Positions 54,896 through 64,000 of a stretch of DNA of 64,000 bases are shown here, in pieces. The position numbers and the translations under genes are program-made. Each line of letters starts with the position of its first letter. Position 1 is the first letter of the stretch. Origin of the DNA: an uncultured Alphaproteobacteria bacterium (GTDB lineage: Bacteria; Pseudomonadota; Alphaproteobacteria; Rhizobiales; Rhodomicrobiaceae); the NCBI GenBank assembly GCA_963819665.1, contig CAWFXN010000005.1, positions 12,957 to 76,956 on the forward strand, written 5' to 3'. The notes beneath the pieces were generated by a model that saw nothing but the letters and a program-made list of their open reading frames with translations, was not told the DNA's origin and made no database searches.

Positions 54896-56082
54896 CCTTG
54901 ATGCCAGTGGCCGAGGCGCAGGCCGCCATTGTGAGAGGCGTCGATCCTCTGGACGCCGAAACGGTCTCGATCTTCGAGGCAGCTGGCCGCATCCTCGCGC
55001 AAGACCTGAGCGCGAAACTAACGCAACCGCCGTTCGCCGCGTCGGCCATGGACGGCTATGCCGTTCGCGGAGCCGATATCGCGTCTCTTCCCTCGCGTTT
55101 GAAGGTGATCGGCAGATCCGTCGCGGGGCGTGGTTTCGACGGCGAGGTTCGAGCGGGCGAGGCGGTCCGCATCTTCACCGGTGCGCCGGTCCCGGCAGGA
55201 GCCGACACCATCGTCATCCAGGAAAACACCAAAGCCGCGGACGATGGGGCGGTCGAGATCCTGGAATCGGCTCCTCTCGGGCAGCACATCCGCCCGAGAG
55301 GCTACGACTTCTCCGAGGGCGATACTTTGCTCGCCTCTGGGATGGAACTCGCCAGCCGCGAACTCATGCTGGCTGCCGCCATGAACAACGCCACGGTGGC
55401 GGTAAGGCGAAGGCCGATTATTGCCGTCCTGGCGAATGGGGATGAACTCGTGCCGCCGGGACAATCGCCCGGCTCGGGGCAAATCATTTCCTCGATTCCT
55501 GCGGGCATGAAGGCCGCCATCGCAGCCTGGGGCGGCGAATCTCTCCTTCTCGATCTTGCGCAAGACAGTAAGGAGAGCCTCGCGGCTCGCGTTCGGGACG
55601 CGCAAGAGGCTGATGTTCTCCTGACAATTGGCGGCGCGTCGGTGGGCGAGCATGATCTGGTTCGCGGTGCGCTCGAAGACATGGGCGCTCGGTTCGAGGT
55701 GCTGAAGGTGGCCATGCGCCCAGGCAAGCCTGTCATGTTTGGCTTCTTGGACAAGCAGCGCATTCTAAGCATGCCCGGCAACCCCGCCTCCGCAATCATC
55801 TGCGCCCGCGTTTTTTTGAAGCCGCTGCTCGACCGTTTTCTCGGGCGCGCGCGCCGCGATGAACCCCGCATCGTTCGGCTTGCCGTCCCGCTGGACGCGA
55901 ATGGTGAGCGTGAGCACTATATGCGAGCCAAGCTTTCCGAGGATGGGGTCGCGCCCATCGGGGATCAGGACAGTTCCCTCATGAGCGTTTTCGCAAACGC
56001 CGATTGTCTTCTCGTCCGGCCCGCTCGTGGCCCGGCGCTTCCCGCAGGGGCGCTTGTGCGAGTTATCCCGCTCGATTTTTGA
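54892..56082 (+). CDS. moeA: Molybdopterin molybdotransferase
   Basis: [36 protein letters not shown] and MPGNP. Confidence 0.96.
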   Translation: MTLMPVAEAQAAIVRGVDPLDAETVSIFEAAGRILAQDLSAKLTQPPFAASAMDGYAVRGADIASLPSRLKVIGRSVAGRGFDGEVRAGEAVRIFTGAPVPAGADTIVIQENTKAADDGAVEILESAPLGQHIRPRGYDFSEGDTLLASGMELASRELMLAAAMNNATVAVRRRPIIAVLANGDELVPPGQSPGSGQIISSIPAGMKAAIAAWGGESLLLDLAQDSKESLAARVRDAQEADVLLTIGGASVGEHDLVRGALEDMGARFEVLKVAMRPGKPVMFGFLDKQRILSMPGNPASAIICARVFLKPLLDRFLGRARRDEPRIVRLAVPLDANGEREHYMRAKLSEDGVAPIGDQDSSLMSVFANADCLLVRPARGPALPAGALVRVIPLDF

Positions 56083-56114
56083 CCGCGCCACTGTTGAGGC
56101 GTTTTGCTCTTGCG

Positions 56115-56154
56115 GAACGCAAAGAGAACGCTTATTGCTGTTCTTGGTTTGTAC
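56115..56154. promoter_or_regulatory. Two alphaproteobacterial LexA (SOS) boxes
   Basis: GAAC-GCAAAGA-GAAC at 56115-56129 and GTTC-TTGGTTT-GTAC at 56140-56154, directly upstream of lexA. Confidence 0.9.
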
Positions 56155-56184
56155 AAGCCAGATCCGGCGCTATACGGGGTTGTC

Positions 56185-56910
56185 ATGCTGACGCCAAAGC
56201 AAAAGCAACTACTTCTCTTCATCAACGAGCGCATCGAGGCGACCGGCGTTCCGCCGTCGTTTGACGAGATGAAAGAAGCGCTGGATTTGAAGTCGAAATC
56301 AGGCATTCACCGCCTTATCATGGCGCTTGAGGAACGCGGTTTTATAAGGCGGCTTCCCCATCGCGCTCGTGCGCTCGAGGTCACGAAGCTGCCCGAGCGC
56401 GGGCGCAGCAATGTATTCGATTCCGAAAGGCGTCGCGGCGGCTTTATGCCGACGGTCATAGAAGGGACAAGGCGTTCTTCATTCGAGGAAAGCCCCCAGG
56501 CGGCATTCATCCGCGACCGTGAAGACGGCGGCATCCAGGTTCCGGTCATGGGGCGGATCGCGGCGGGCGTCCCCCGTTCTGCTATCGAGGATCACAGCCA
56601 CGTGCTCGTTATGCCGCCCGAGTTTCTTTCTCAGGGGGAGCATTTCGCGCTCGAGGTTCGCGGCGATTCAATGATCGACGCGGGTATTCAGGAGGGCGAT
56701 ACCGTCATCCTGAAACGAACCCCGACGGCGGAAAGCGGGGAGATCGTGGTGGCGCTCATTGACGAGGAGGAAGCCACGCTCAAGCGCCTGCGCAAAAAGG
56801 GCCAATCAATTGCCCTCGAACCCGCGAATCCGGCATTCGAGACCCGCATTTTCGGACCGGACCGGGTGAAGATCCAAGGTAAGCTTGTGGCGCTTCTGCG
56901 CCGCTACTAA
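56185..56910 (+). CDS. lexA: SOS repressor LexA
   Basis: [26 protein letters not shown], cleavage site IAAG, catalytic GDSM and ATLK. Confidence 0.97.
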   Translation: MLTPKQKQLLLFINERIEATGVPPSFDEMKEALDLKSKSGIHRLIMALEERGFIRRLPHRARALEVTKLPERGRSNVFDSERRRGGFMPTVIEGTRRSSFEESPQAAFIRDREDGGIQVPVMGRIAAGVPRSAIEDHSHVLVMPPEFLSQGEHFALEVRGDSMIDAGIQEGDTVILKRTPTAESGEIVVALIDEEEATLKRLRKKGQSIALEPANPAFETRIFGPDRVKIQGKLVALLRRY

Positions 56911-57037
56911 AAGAGAGCGGCCGCAACCCCCTCACCAAACAACGTCCCAAGTATTATATAAGGGAGCGACGTCCGAGTTGCATCCCGGGCGGAGAAGCAT
57001 TCAATAACATTGCAGGTTGGGAGCGAGGAAGCGCCGA

Positions 57038-58915
57038 ATGTCTGATAAGCACAGAATATCGGAAAAGCGCCCTGAGGCTGAAAAGCGAGAGAAGACGGAA
57101 AAGGCGGTCAGTCCGGCGTCTGCCGAGAAGCCATTGCCCGGTTTGCAGTCGCCGGAGGAATTCGTCTCTAACATAATGCGTTCCGTCGAAGCGACCGGCC
57201 AACTCATCTCGAAGCTTGTCGAGGGCAAGGATAAGCGTAGCGGCGCGTTCACGGTCGCGAGCGGCATGGCGGACTCCGGGAAATTGTTCGCTCCCATTGT
57301 CCAGTATTGGATGAACGATCCAAAAGCCTATGCCGAGGCCCAGGCAAAGCTCAATGCTGATATGATCGACTTGTGGGGCCGTACTTATAAGCGCTTTCTT
57401 GGCGAAAAAGTCGAACCAATGGTCGCGTCTTCGGCGCACGATCCCCGGTTCGCAGACAAGGGATGGACAGACAATGCCTTCTTCGATTTCCTGAAGCAGG
57501 CCTATTTGCTGGCGGGCAAATGGGCCGAAGACATGGTTCACAATGCGACGACGGTGGATGCCCACGTCAAACACCGCGCGGAGTTTTATCTGAACCAGAT
57601 TGTGAGCGCGCTCTCGCCCTCGAATTTCCCCTTTACAAACCCCGAAGTGATCCGCGCCACAGTATCGACGAATGCCCAAAATCTCGCCGAAGGCATGACT
57701 CATCTCCTGGAAGACCTCGGCCGTTCCGGTGAGCTTCTCCGGATTCGGCAGACGGACATGTCAGCCTTCGAGGTGGGCAGAAACCTCGCGGTGACGCCTG
57801 GGAAGGTGGTCTATCAGAACGAGTTGTTGCAACTCATTCAGTATTCGCCGACGACCGAAACAGTGCACGAAGTCCCGATGCTCATCGTGCCGCCGTGGAT
57901 CAACAAGTTCTACATTCTTGACCTCACGCCCCCGAAGTCCTTCATAAAGTGGCTGGTCGATCAGGGCTTCACCGTTTTTGTGATCTCGTGGGTGAACCCG
58001 GATGGGCGGCTGGGGTCAAAGACCTTTGAGAATTACATGCTCGAAGGTGTTATTGCCGCCGTGGACGCTACGCTGCGTATCACGGGCCAGCCCCACACTA
58101 ACACGCTCGGCTACTGCGTGGGTGGAACTCTGCTCGCGTGCACGCTCGCCTATATGGCCGCGATTGACGACAATCGCATCAATTCTGCGACACTTTTCAC
58201 GGCCCAGACCGACTTCACGAAAGCCGGCGAACTTCTCGTTTTCATCGATGAGGAGCAACTGAAGGCGCTCGAGGATCTGATGGCGGAAAAAGGATACCTC
58301 GATGGAGCGCGGATGGCGGCAACGTTCAACGCGATGCGACCGAAAGATTTGATCTGGCCTTACGTCGTCAACAATTATTTGCTCGGCAAGCAGCCCTTCC
58401 CGTTCGATCTCTTGTTCTGGAATGCGGACTCGACGCGAATGCCGGCTGCCAATCACAGCTTCTACCTGCGTGAGTTTTACATGAAAAACACGCTCGCGCA
58501 GGGCCTTCTGAAGCTCGGCGGGGTGACACTCGACCTTAGCAAGATAACGGTTCCCATCTACGATGTGGCCGCGAAGGAGGATCACATCGCCCCGGCCCAG
58601 TCGGTTTTAAATGGCGCCAAGCTTTTTAGTGGCCCGGTCCGCTTCGTTCTGGCCGGTTCCGGGCATATTGCGGGTGTGATCAACCCGCCTGCCAAGCAAA
58701 AATACCAGTATTGGATTCTTGAGGAAGGCGACGCAAAAACCTTGCCCACGATTGATGGATTTATTGCGAAAGCGAAAGAACATCCGGGCTCGTGGTGGCC
58801 GGACTTTAAGAAGTGGCTCTCTTCGCAGTCAGGCGCGCAAATTACCCCGCCCCAGCCAGGCGGCGGCGTTTTCAAACCGATTGAGGATGCTCCCGGCTCC
58901 TACGTGCGCAAATAA
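57038..58915 (+). CDS. phaC: Class I poly(3-hydroxyalkanoate) synthase
   Basis: DPRF...W, PPWINKFYILDL, lipase box GYCVGG, WNADSTRMP, DHIAP, SGHIAG, GSWW and APGSYV. Confidence 0.97.
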   Translation: MSDKHRISEKRPEAEKREKTEKAVSPASAEKPLPGLQSPEEFVSNIMRSVEATGQLISKLVEGKDKRSGAFTVASGMADSGKLFAPIVQYWMNDPKAYAEAQAKLNADMIDLWGRTYKRFLGEKVEPMVASSAHDPRFADKGWTDNAFFDFLKQAYLLAGKWAEDMVHNATTVDAHVKHRAEFYLNQIVSALSPSNFPFTNPEVIRATVSTNAQNLAEGMTHLLEDLGRSGELLRIRQTDMSAFEVGRNLAVTPGKVVYQNELLQLIQYSPTTETVHEVPMLIVPPWINKFYILDLTPPKSFIKWLVDQGFTVFVISWVNPDGRLGSKTFENYMLEGVIAAVDATLRITGQPHTNTLGYCVGGTLLACTLAYMAAIDDNRINSATLFTAQTDFTKAGELLVFIDEEQLKALEDLMAEKGYLDGARMAATFNAMRPKDLIWPYVVNNYLLGKQPFPFDLLFWNADSTRMPAANHSFYLREFYMKNTLAQGLLKLGGVTLDLSKITVPIYDVAAKEDHIAPAQSVLNGAKLFSGPVRFVLAGSGHIAGVINPPAKQKYQYWILEEGDAKTLPTIDGFIAKAKEHPGSWWPDFKKWLSSQSGAQITPPQPGGGVFKPIEDAPGSYVRK

Positions 58916-58939
58916 GCATCCCTTAATAAGGCAAGCGGC

Positions 58940-59851
58940 CTAACCCTGCAACTTGTGGCCGATGAACTCCTTGATTTTTCGAGCGAGATCATCGGCTCCC
59001 ATGTCCCTGAAATCCTGATCCGCGCCAGGAATCACGGCCATCGTCACAGTTTTGAGGTTTATGTACTCCGGTTCGGCGGCCTTGACTTCGGCCAGGACCG
59101 GATCTGCATCGCCTACCGCAATCAGCACGGGAACCTTAATGCTCTGCAACAGGTTCGTCGTTTTGAACTTGGCATTTGCGCCGTAGTAATTTGCGAAAGT
59201 CCCCGCCGTCACCTGCGGCTTCGCGCATGTCAGGAATCCCGGCACGTCGACAAACAGATTACCACGCGCGCTGGCCACGAGTTCTTCGGCCTTCGCGAGC
59301 TCTTGACGCAAGGATTGCCCGAAACGCGCGCTGTACTCTGCCTCGGCCTTCTCTTCGCTCTGCATTAAGGGCGACATCAGCACGGCGCGCTTCACGGTCT
59401 TGTCCAAGCGGTTGATGGCATAAAGCGCAACCTGATTGGCGCCACGGCCGTGGCCAGCGAGCGTGATGGATGTCGCGCCCTTATCCTTCAGCCACTGGAC
59501 CCAGCTTGCGATCTCGTCGATTGCGTCCTCGTGGCGGTGATCCTGTTCGGTCGCGCAATCGAACATGCCGTGGCGCTTATCCATGCCGAGCCCGAGGGTT
59601 ATGGCGAGTGAGCTGATCCCCTGATCGCGCAGGCTATCCTGGAGCGCCGCCATCAGCTCCATCCGGTCATGGCCAAGCGTGTCGTGCACCAAAAGAACGA
59701 CTTCGTTCTTGAGCGACTTGCCCGAGGCGACCTCAACATTTGCCGACAGCTCGAGACCGAGATACTCCAAGGTAACTTGCTCGGCGGCGCATCTCACGGT
59801 TGCTGCCGCAATCGAAAGCGCCGTCACGGCGGAGACAATTAAGGCGCGCAT
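58940..59851 (-). CDS. Exported alpha/beta-hydrolase-fold protein lacking catalytic Ser and His
   Basis: Signal peptide; fold landmarks VLLVHD, LAGHGRGA, L.SP, IKVPVLIAVGDAD and IPGADQDF. Confidence 0.78.
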   Translation of the reverse strand: MRALIVSAVTALSIAAATVRCAAEQVTLEYLGLELSANVEVASGKSLKNEVVLLVHDTLGHDRMELMAALQDSLRDQGISSLAITLGLGMDKRHGMFDCATEQDHRHEDAIDEIASWVQWLKDKGATSITLAGHGRGANQVALYAINRLDKTVKRAVLMSPLMQSEEKAEAEYSARFGQSLRQELAKAEELVASARGNLFVDVPGFLTCAKPQVTAGTFANYYGANAKFKTTNLLQSIKVPVLIAVGDADPVLAEVKAAEPEYINLKTVTMAVIPGADQDFRDMGADDLARKIKEFIGHKLQG

Positions 59852-59965
59852 GATTCCTTCCGGTTAAGCCTCTAGCGAACTCTCCCTAATCGGGCTTATG
59901 GACCAAATCTGGGCCAAAGGCGATGAGCACGGCCTCATTGATGGTGATAAAATGGCGCCAAGGTT

Positions 59966-60816
59966 CTATTTTTTTCGTCTCTTTCTTCGCTGCGCCTTCA
60001 TGTTCCGTGCGGGAGCAGGCACGGAGTCTTTATTCGTCGGCGGAGCGTTTGGCGCGGACGGATCTCGCTGCTGACCCGTGAGATCGAGGGGCGTCGCTCT
60101 GCTGCGATAGCTTGCAGAGCCCTTCGCCCAGATGTTGATAGCCTCGACTGCGCCTGCGAACGCCATTGCGAAATAAATATATCCGCGCGGAATGTGAATC
60201 TCGAAGCCGTCTGAGACAAGCGCGACGCCGATCAAGATCAAGAAGGACAAGCCGAGCATCTTCGTCGTCGGATGGCGCTTGATGAATGCTCCAACCGGCT
60301 CGGCCGCCGCGTACATGACGCCGATGGAGATGCAGATCGCGGCGACCATGATTTCAATGTCGCGCGCAAGCCCGACAGCCGTGATGATGGAATCGAGTGA
60401 GAAGACGAGATCCATGACGGCGATCTGGGATATGACTGCGCCAAAGCTCGCCTTTGGACGGCCTGTGCTGGAGGGATCTTCTCTTCCTTCTATTTCGCTA
60501 TGAATTTCCTGTGTGGCTTTCACCATTAGAAAGAGGCCGCCAGCAATCAAGATCAGGTCGCGCCAGGAGAAATCCCGTCCCGCAGCGCTGAAGACGGGGT
60601 AGGTGAGATGGGTGATCCAGCTGATGGCCGACAAAAGGGCAAGGCGCAGGCCGAGCGCCAAGCCTAGGCCGATCGCTCTGGCGCGCCGCGCTTCTCTTTG
60701 AGGAAGGGCGTGTGTCAGGATGGACAGAACGACAATATTGTCGACACCAAGCACGACCTCCAGGGCGTCAGCGTGATGAGGCTGGCCCACGCGGCTGGAT
60801 CGAAGAGTAATTCCAT
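59966..60816 (-). CDS. TerC-family membrane protein (apparent frameshift ~60770)
   Basis: MELLFDPAAWASLITL then LEVVLGVDN, GGLFLM.KAT.EIH, DLVFSLDSIITAVG, HPTTKML.LSFL and GYIYFAMAF. Confidence 0.92.
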
Positions 60817-60859
60817 GTAAAGCCCTGCCGCGACGCGGCCTTCATTTCGAGGAGATTTC

Positions 60860-61588
60860 TCACTTCACGGGATCAAAATGGCGGTCGCCTTCAGCCCTCG
60901 CGCTTACGCCGATTGCGATGACATAGATCGCCGCTACTGCAAATATAGCCTGCACGGTGGGAGTACCAGGAAAACCGCGAAGGATCGCACTGACAGCGGC
61001 CGCGCCCCAGGCTAAAACTACGGCGAAGGTCACAAGCCGCAGCCGCTTCACTCGCAGCGGGTGAACCCAATAGAGCGGTATGAAAGTAAAGACAGCGCAG
61101 ATTGTGATGATCGAGGCGGAAACTGTAGCGTGGAGGTCAAGCACGAAGCAATAAAGCACGACGACATTCCAGATGGCGGGGAAGCCGACGAAATACCCAT
61201 CGGCGGTCTTACTCTCGGTGTCGGAGAAGTGGTAAAGCGACACGAGCATGATAATCGCCGCTAATGGCAGCCGCAGGCCTTCCGGCACAATTTCGGCGCG
61301 CGCAAGCATGAAGGCGGGCACCGTAACGTAAGTCACGTAATCAACGAGGTGGTCGAGTTCTTCTCCGGAGAAACGAGGCAAAACACGCTTGACGTCCACC
61401 ATGCGTGCGAGCGGACCGTCAACGCCATCCACGATCAGGGCCGCGCCGAGCCAAGCAAAGGAAGTTGTCCATTGGCCATCGCACGCGGATAGAAGCGAGA
61501 AAAGACCGAGAACACCACCAGTCGCGGTCAAAACATGAACCGCTACCGCGCCAACCAGCCTGAGATGATTTCTTGAGCGCAAGCTCAT
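60860..61588 (-). CDS. pcs: Phosphatidylcholine synthase (CDP-alcohol phosphatidyltransferase)
   Basis: VH.LTA.G, DGVDGPLAR...G..LD..VDY.TYV..PA, F.GFPAIWN and HPLRV. Confidence 0.9.
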   Translation of the reverse strand: MSLRSRNHLRLVGAVAVHVLTATGGVLGLFSLLSACDGQWTTSFAWLGAALIVDGVDGPLARMVDVKRVLPRFSGEELDHLVDYVTYVTVPAFMLARAEIVPEGLRLPLAAIIMLVSLYHFSDTESKTADGYFVGFPAIWNVVVLYCFVLDLHATVSASIITICAVFTFIPLYWVHPLRVKRLRLVTFAVVLAWGAAAVSAILRGFPGTPTVQAIFAVAAIYVIAIGVSARAEGDRHFDPVK

Positions 61589-61615
61589 CTAACAGAACTC
61601 GCGCTGGGCTCCAGT

Positions 61616-62008
61616 TCAAAATTTGTGTGTCAAAGTGCCCTTGATCTGCATGTCACTTTCGGGCGCATGCTGATCGAGTTGAAGAGCTTCTGAGCCACTC
61701 TTGGGGCCGTATAAGAGCTCAAGGCCGAAATCAAGCTTCGGGAGGGTGCCGAGAGTCCCGAGCCCCGGAATTGTTACATCCGTCCCCTTGGATTTTCCGG
61801 CCGTCATGGGATCGCTAAGATCGAACTGAGGCGTCTGCCCGGAAATGCCAGGCTGGATGAATTGCGAGGGCGGATTAGCCTGCATGCTTGCAGACGGAGG
61901 CGATACAGGCTCCGTTGAAAATGCTGCGGCCGCCGTGATCTGCTGAGTAAGCGACAAGGCGATGCCGCACGCCAGTGCCGCTCCCTTCAACTTTCTCTGC
62001 CTGCCCAT
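61616..62008 (-). CDS. Hypothetical exported protein
   Basis: GGGAGAG SD, signal peptide, IPGLG.LG.LPKLDFGLELLY and a C-terminal IKGTLTHKF with terminal Phe. Confidence 0.75.
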   Translation of the reverse strand: MGRQRKLKGAALACGIALSLTQQITAAAAFSTEPVSPPSASMQANPPSQFIQPGISGQTPQFDLSDPMTAGKSKGTDVTIPGLGTLGTLPKLDFGLELLYGPKSGSEALQLDQHAPESDMQIKGTLTHKF

Positions 62009-62160
62009 GACTCTCTCCCGCCTAACGCCCTTAAGATGATTGTGAACCTCTCTGAATGCAAGTTTGTTGATTCATGGCTTAAGTGCTTTAGATTTCTGAT
62101 GTTTTTTACAGGGTCTTGTGAATCCGTTGCGGAAACGCATCAGTTCGGAGGACGCTTGCC

Positions 62161-62514
62161 TTATTTTGGTCTTGAATGCCCATCGCTAGAGACGGTCTGA
62201 TCGCGCAGCCAATTAAGGTAAGAGGCCGCCACCCGGCTAGGCTCGAATACGATAAGGGCAGGAACGGTATAAGGGTGCTTTGCCGCCAACGCTTCGAGCA
62301 CTTGAGGCTCGAGTTCCTTTCTTGTCTTGACGAGCATTGCAACCTCGCTTCCCTTCTCGACGGCGTCTTCCCACCGGTAGATAGAGACCATACCTGGAAA
62401 GATATTGACACAGGCGGCTAGTTTCTCCTCGACGAGTTCCCCACCCACTTTCTGAGCATCCTTTTCGGTCGGGAATGTGGTATATAAGACGATCATCTCG
62501 GCGCCCTGGTGCAT
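62161..62514 (-). CDS. cutA: Divalent-cation tolerance protein CutA
   Basis: [23 protein letters not shown] and HPYTVP. Confidence 0.93.
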   Translation of the reverse strand: MHQGAEMIVLYTTFPTEKDAQKVGGELVEEKLAACVNIFPGMVSIYRWEDAVEKGSEVAMLVKTRKELEPQVLEALAAKHPYTVPALIVFEPSRVAASYLNWLRDQTVSSDGHSRPK

Positions 62515-62583
62515 GATTTTCCCTCGAATGTGCTGTATCTGCGCTCTGTCCGATTTTCGGGACGTCCAAGCTCAGGAGTTACC

Positions 62584-63393
62584 ATGGCCGAGGTGAGCCC
62601 GGCTCATACCCAGACGGCCGTCTTCGCTGATAAGGTCCGTCTTGGCTTCGTTGCAAGCCCCGCGCCAGAAGCGCAGGCGGCGTTGAAGCGGCTGTCAAAG
62701 CGCTACGGTGCGTCCGACCCCGCCTCCGCCAGCGTGATCATCGCGTTGGGTGGCGACGGGCTCATGTTGCAGACGCTGCATCGTTTCATGTGGACCGAGG
62801 TTCCCATCTACGGCATGCATCGGGGCTCGGTCGGGTTCCTTATGAATGAATATAAAGAGGATGACCTCGTCGAGCGCGTGTCCAATGCGAAGCTGAGCAT
62901 CATTCATCCGCTGAAGATGCAGGCGGAGAATGCGGCCGGGGAGCAGCTGAACGCGCTTGCGGTCAACGAGGTGCATCTCTTCCGTCAGACGGCGCAAAGC
63001 GCGCGGCTGGCAATCACCGTTGATGGGAAAGAGCGGCTCACCGAACTCATTTGCGACGGCGTCCTTGTCTCGACGCCTGCAGGCAGCACCGCCTATAACC
63101 TCTCGGTCGGAGGGCCCATCTTGCCCCTGAAGGCGCGCCTCCTTGCCCTGACGCCGATAAGCCCGTTCCGCCCAAGGCGCTGGCGCGGAGCGCTCCTCTC
63201 GAACAAAGCGCAGGTCAGGATTTCTGTTCTGGAAGCTGAAAAGCGCCCGGTCAGCGCCGTCGCCGATCATGCCGAGTTCCGGGACGTGCTCAAGGTCCTT
63301 GTTCGCGAGGAACGGAGCATCGGCCTTAAGCTTCTCTTCGATCCAGGTCACGCCTTGGAAGAGCGCATCCTCGCAGAGCAGTTTCGTTTTTAG
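62584..63393 (+). CDS. ppnK: NAD kinase
   Basis: [32 protein letters not shown] and [12 protein letters not shown]. Confidence 0.95.
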   Translation: MAEVSPAHTQTAVFADKVRLGFVASPAPEAQAALKRLSKRYGASDPASASVIIALGGDGLMLQTLHRFMWTEVPIYGMHRGSVGFLMNEYKEDDLVERVSNAKLSIIHPLKMQAENAAGEQLNALAVNEVHLFRQTAQSARLAITVDGKERLTELICDGVLVSTPAGSTAYNLSVGGPILPLKARLLALTPISPFRPRRWRGALLSNKAQVRISVLEAEKRPVSAVADHAEFRDVLKVLVREERSIGLKLLFDPGHALEERILAEQFRF

Positions 63394-63465
63394 CCCCGTG
63401 GTTGACCGGACGGCCCGGCGCCCCTTAAATCCAGCTAGGTTTCAGGACCGCAAAGGCCGACAAAA

Positions 63466-64000
63466 ATGCCGACAGTCATTGCAGCCATTCTGGTCTCATT
63501 CACTTTGTGCAGCTTCGCATCCACGTGCCGGGCCGAGCAGGCTCGCACCGTCGTAATCCTGGACGCGACTGCGCAAATGGCCGCGAATCTGGGCCAGAAG
63601 CGGAAGTTCGACTGGGCAAAATCCGGCATTAGCAGCGCCGCGAGCCGGATGGAACCGGACGGCTCCTTCGCGTTCTGGGCTTTCGGCACACTTCCAAAGA
63701 AGAAATGCGAAGATATCAGCGAGCTGGTTCCGCTTCAGGCCGCAGGCGGCAGCTTGCGCACGCTGGACAAGGCGCTGGCCGCGCTTCAGCCGAAAGCTGC
63801 GCGGGCCCCGGCAATGGATGCCTTGCAGGCGGCGCTCAAGTCGGCCGGCCCAGCCGACGGAAAGCCCGTCTCCGCCGTTCTCGTCGCCGGAACCGGGGAC
63901 GATTGTATTGGCGACATTTGTGGCGCCGCAGGACGGCTTCATGGTCTTTATCCTCATGCGAAGCTGACGGTTCTTGGCATGAGCATGAGCGAGCAGGCGT
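63466..64000 (+). CDS. Exported von Willebrand A-like domain protein (truncated by window end)
   Basis: Open frame from ATG 63466 to the window end (absent from the ORF track). Signal peptide, TVVILDATAQM, K...AK, AFG...CEDI..LVP and VLVAGTGDDC.GDIC. Confidence 0.72.
   Translation, partial: MPTVIAAILVSFTLCSFASTCRAEQARTVVILDATAQMAANLGQKRKFDWAKSGISSAASRMEPDGSFAFWAFGTLPKKKCEDISELVPLQAAGGSLRTLDKALAALQPKAARAPAMDALQAALKSAGPADGKPVSAVLVAGTGDDCIGDICGAAGRLHGLYPHAKLTVLGMSMSEQA

Noticed and set aside
53577-56910. trpC-moaC-moeA-lexA juxtaposition as novel
   Set aside because: This is a widely conserved alphaproteobacterial gene order.
57038-58915. phaC without phaA/phaB as unusual
   Set aside because: An unlinked phaC is the normal arrangement in Alphaproteobacteria.

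Overview
This is a GC-rich alphaproteobacterial chromosomal segment. Gene order and the LexA-box type point to Hyphomicrobiales, possibly Rhodomicrobium-like (inference). The first ~9.2 kb is a clade I nitrous-oxide reductase cluster (nosR-Z-D-F-Y, running off the left edge). It is divergent from a tandem ferritin-like protein and an NnrR-type Crp/Fnr regulator, with an NnrR-like box between them. Next is an accessory block: CYTH-CHAD, LysR/GST/PNPOx-like, a CoA-transferase, a GNAT and a Tat-signal-bearing atypical cytochrome P450. The rest is mostly core genes: xseA, lpxK, a DUF374-waaA fusion, cysQ-like, ubiA, rsmE, gshA, nadD, proAB, apt, kdsA, pyrG, secG, tpiA, ppiD, trpE-sixA-trpGDC-moaC-moeA, lexA with two SOS boxes, phaC, pcs, cutA and NAD kinase. 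About 16 genes, including essential ones (lpxK, nadD), carry small frameshifts. These are most likely uncorrected long-read indels, so I call the genes as intact-with-frameshift. No rRNA, tRNA, CRISPR array, transposase or integrase was recognised. The leading candidates for novelty are the periplasm-targeted P450 lacking the O2-activating I-helix Thr, the diiron protein tied to the nos/NnrR locus, an exported catalytically dead alpha/beta-hydrolase, a GH-A-like enzyme with an inserted discoidin domain, an orphan CtrA/IHF-site-rich intergenic region, and several unannotated small ORFs with structured leaders.
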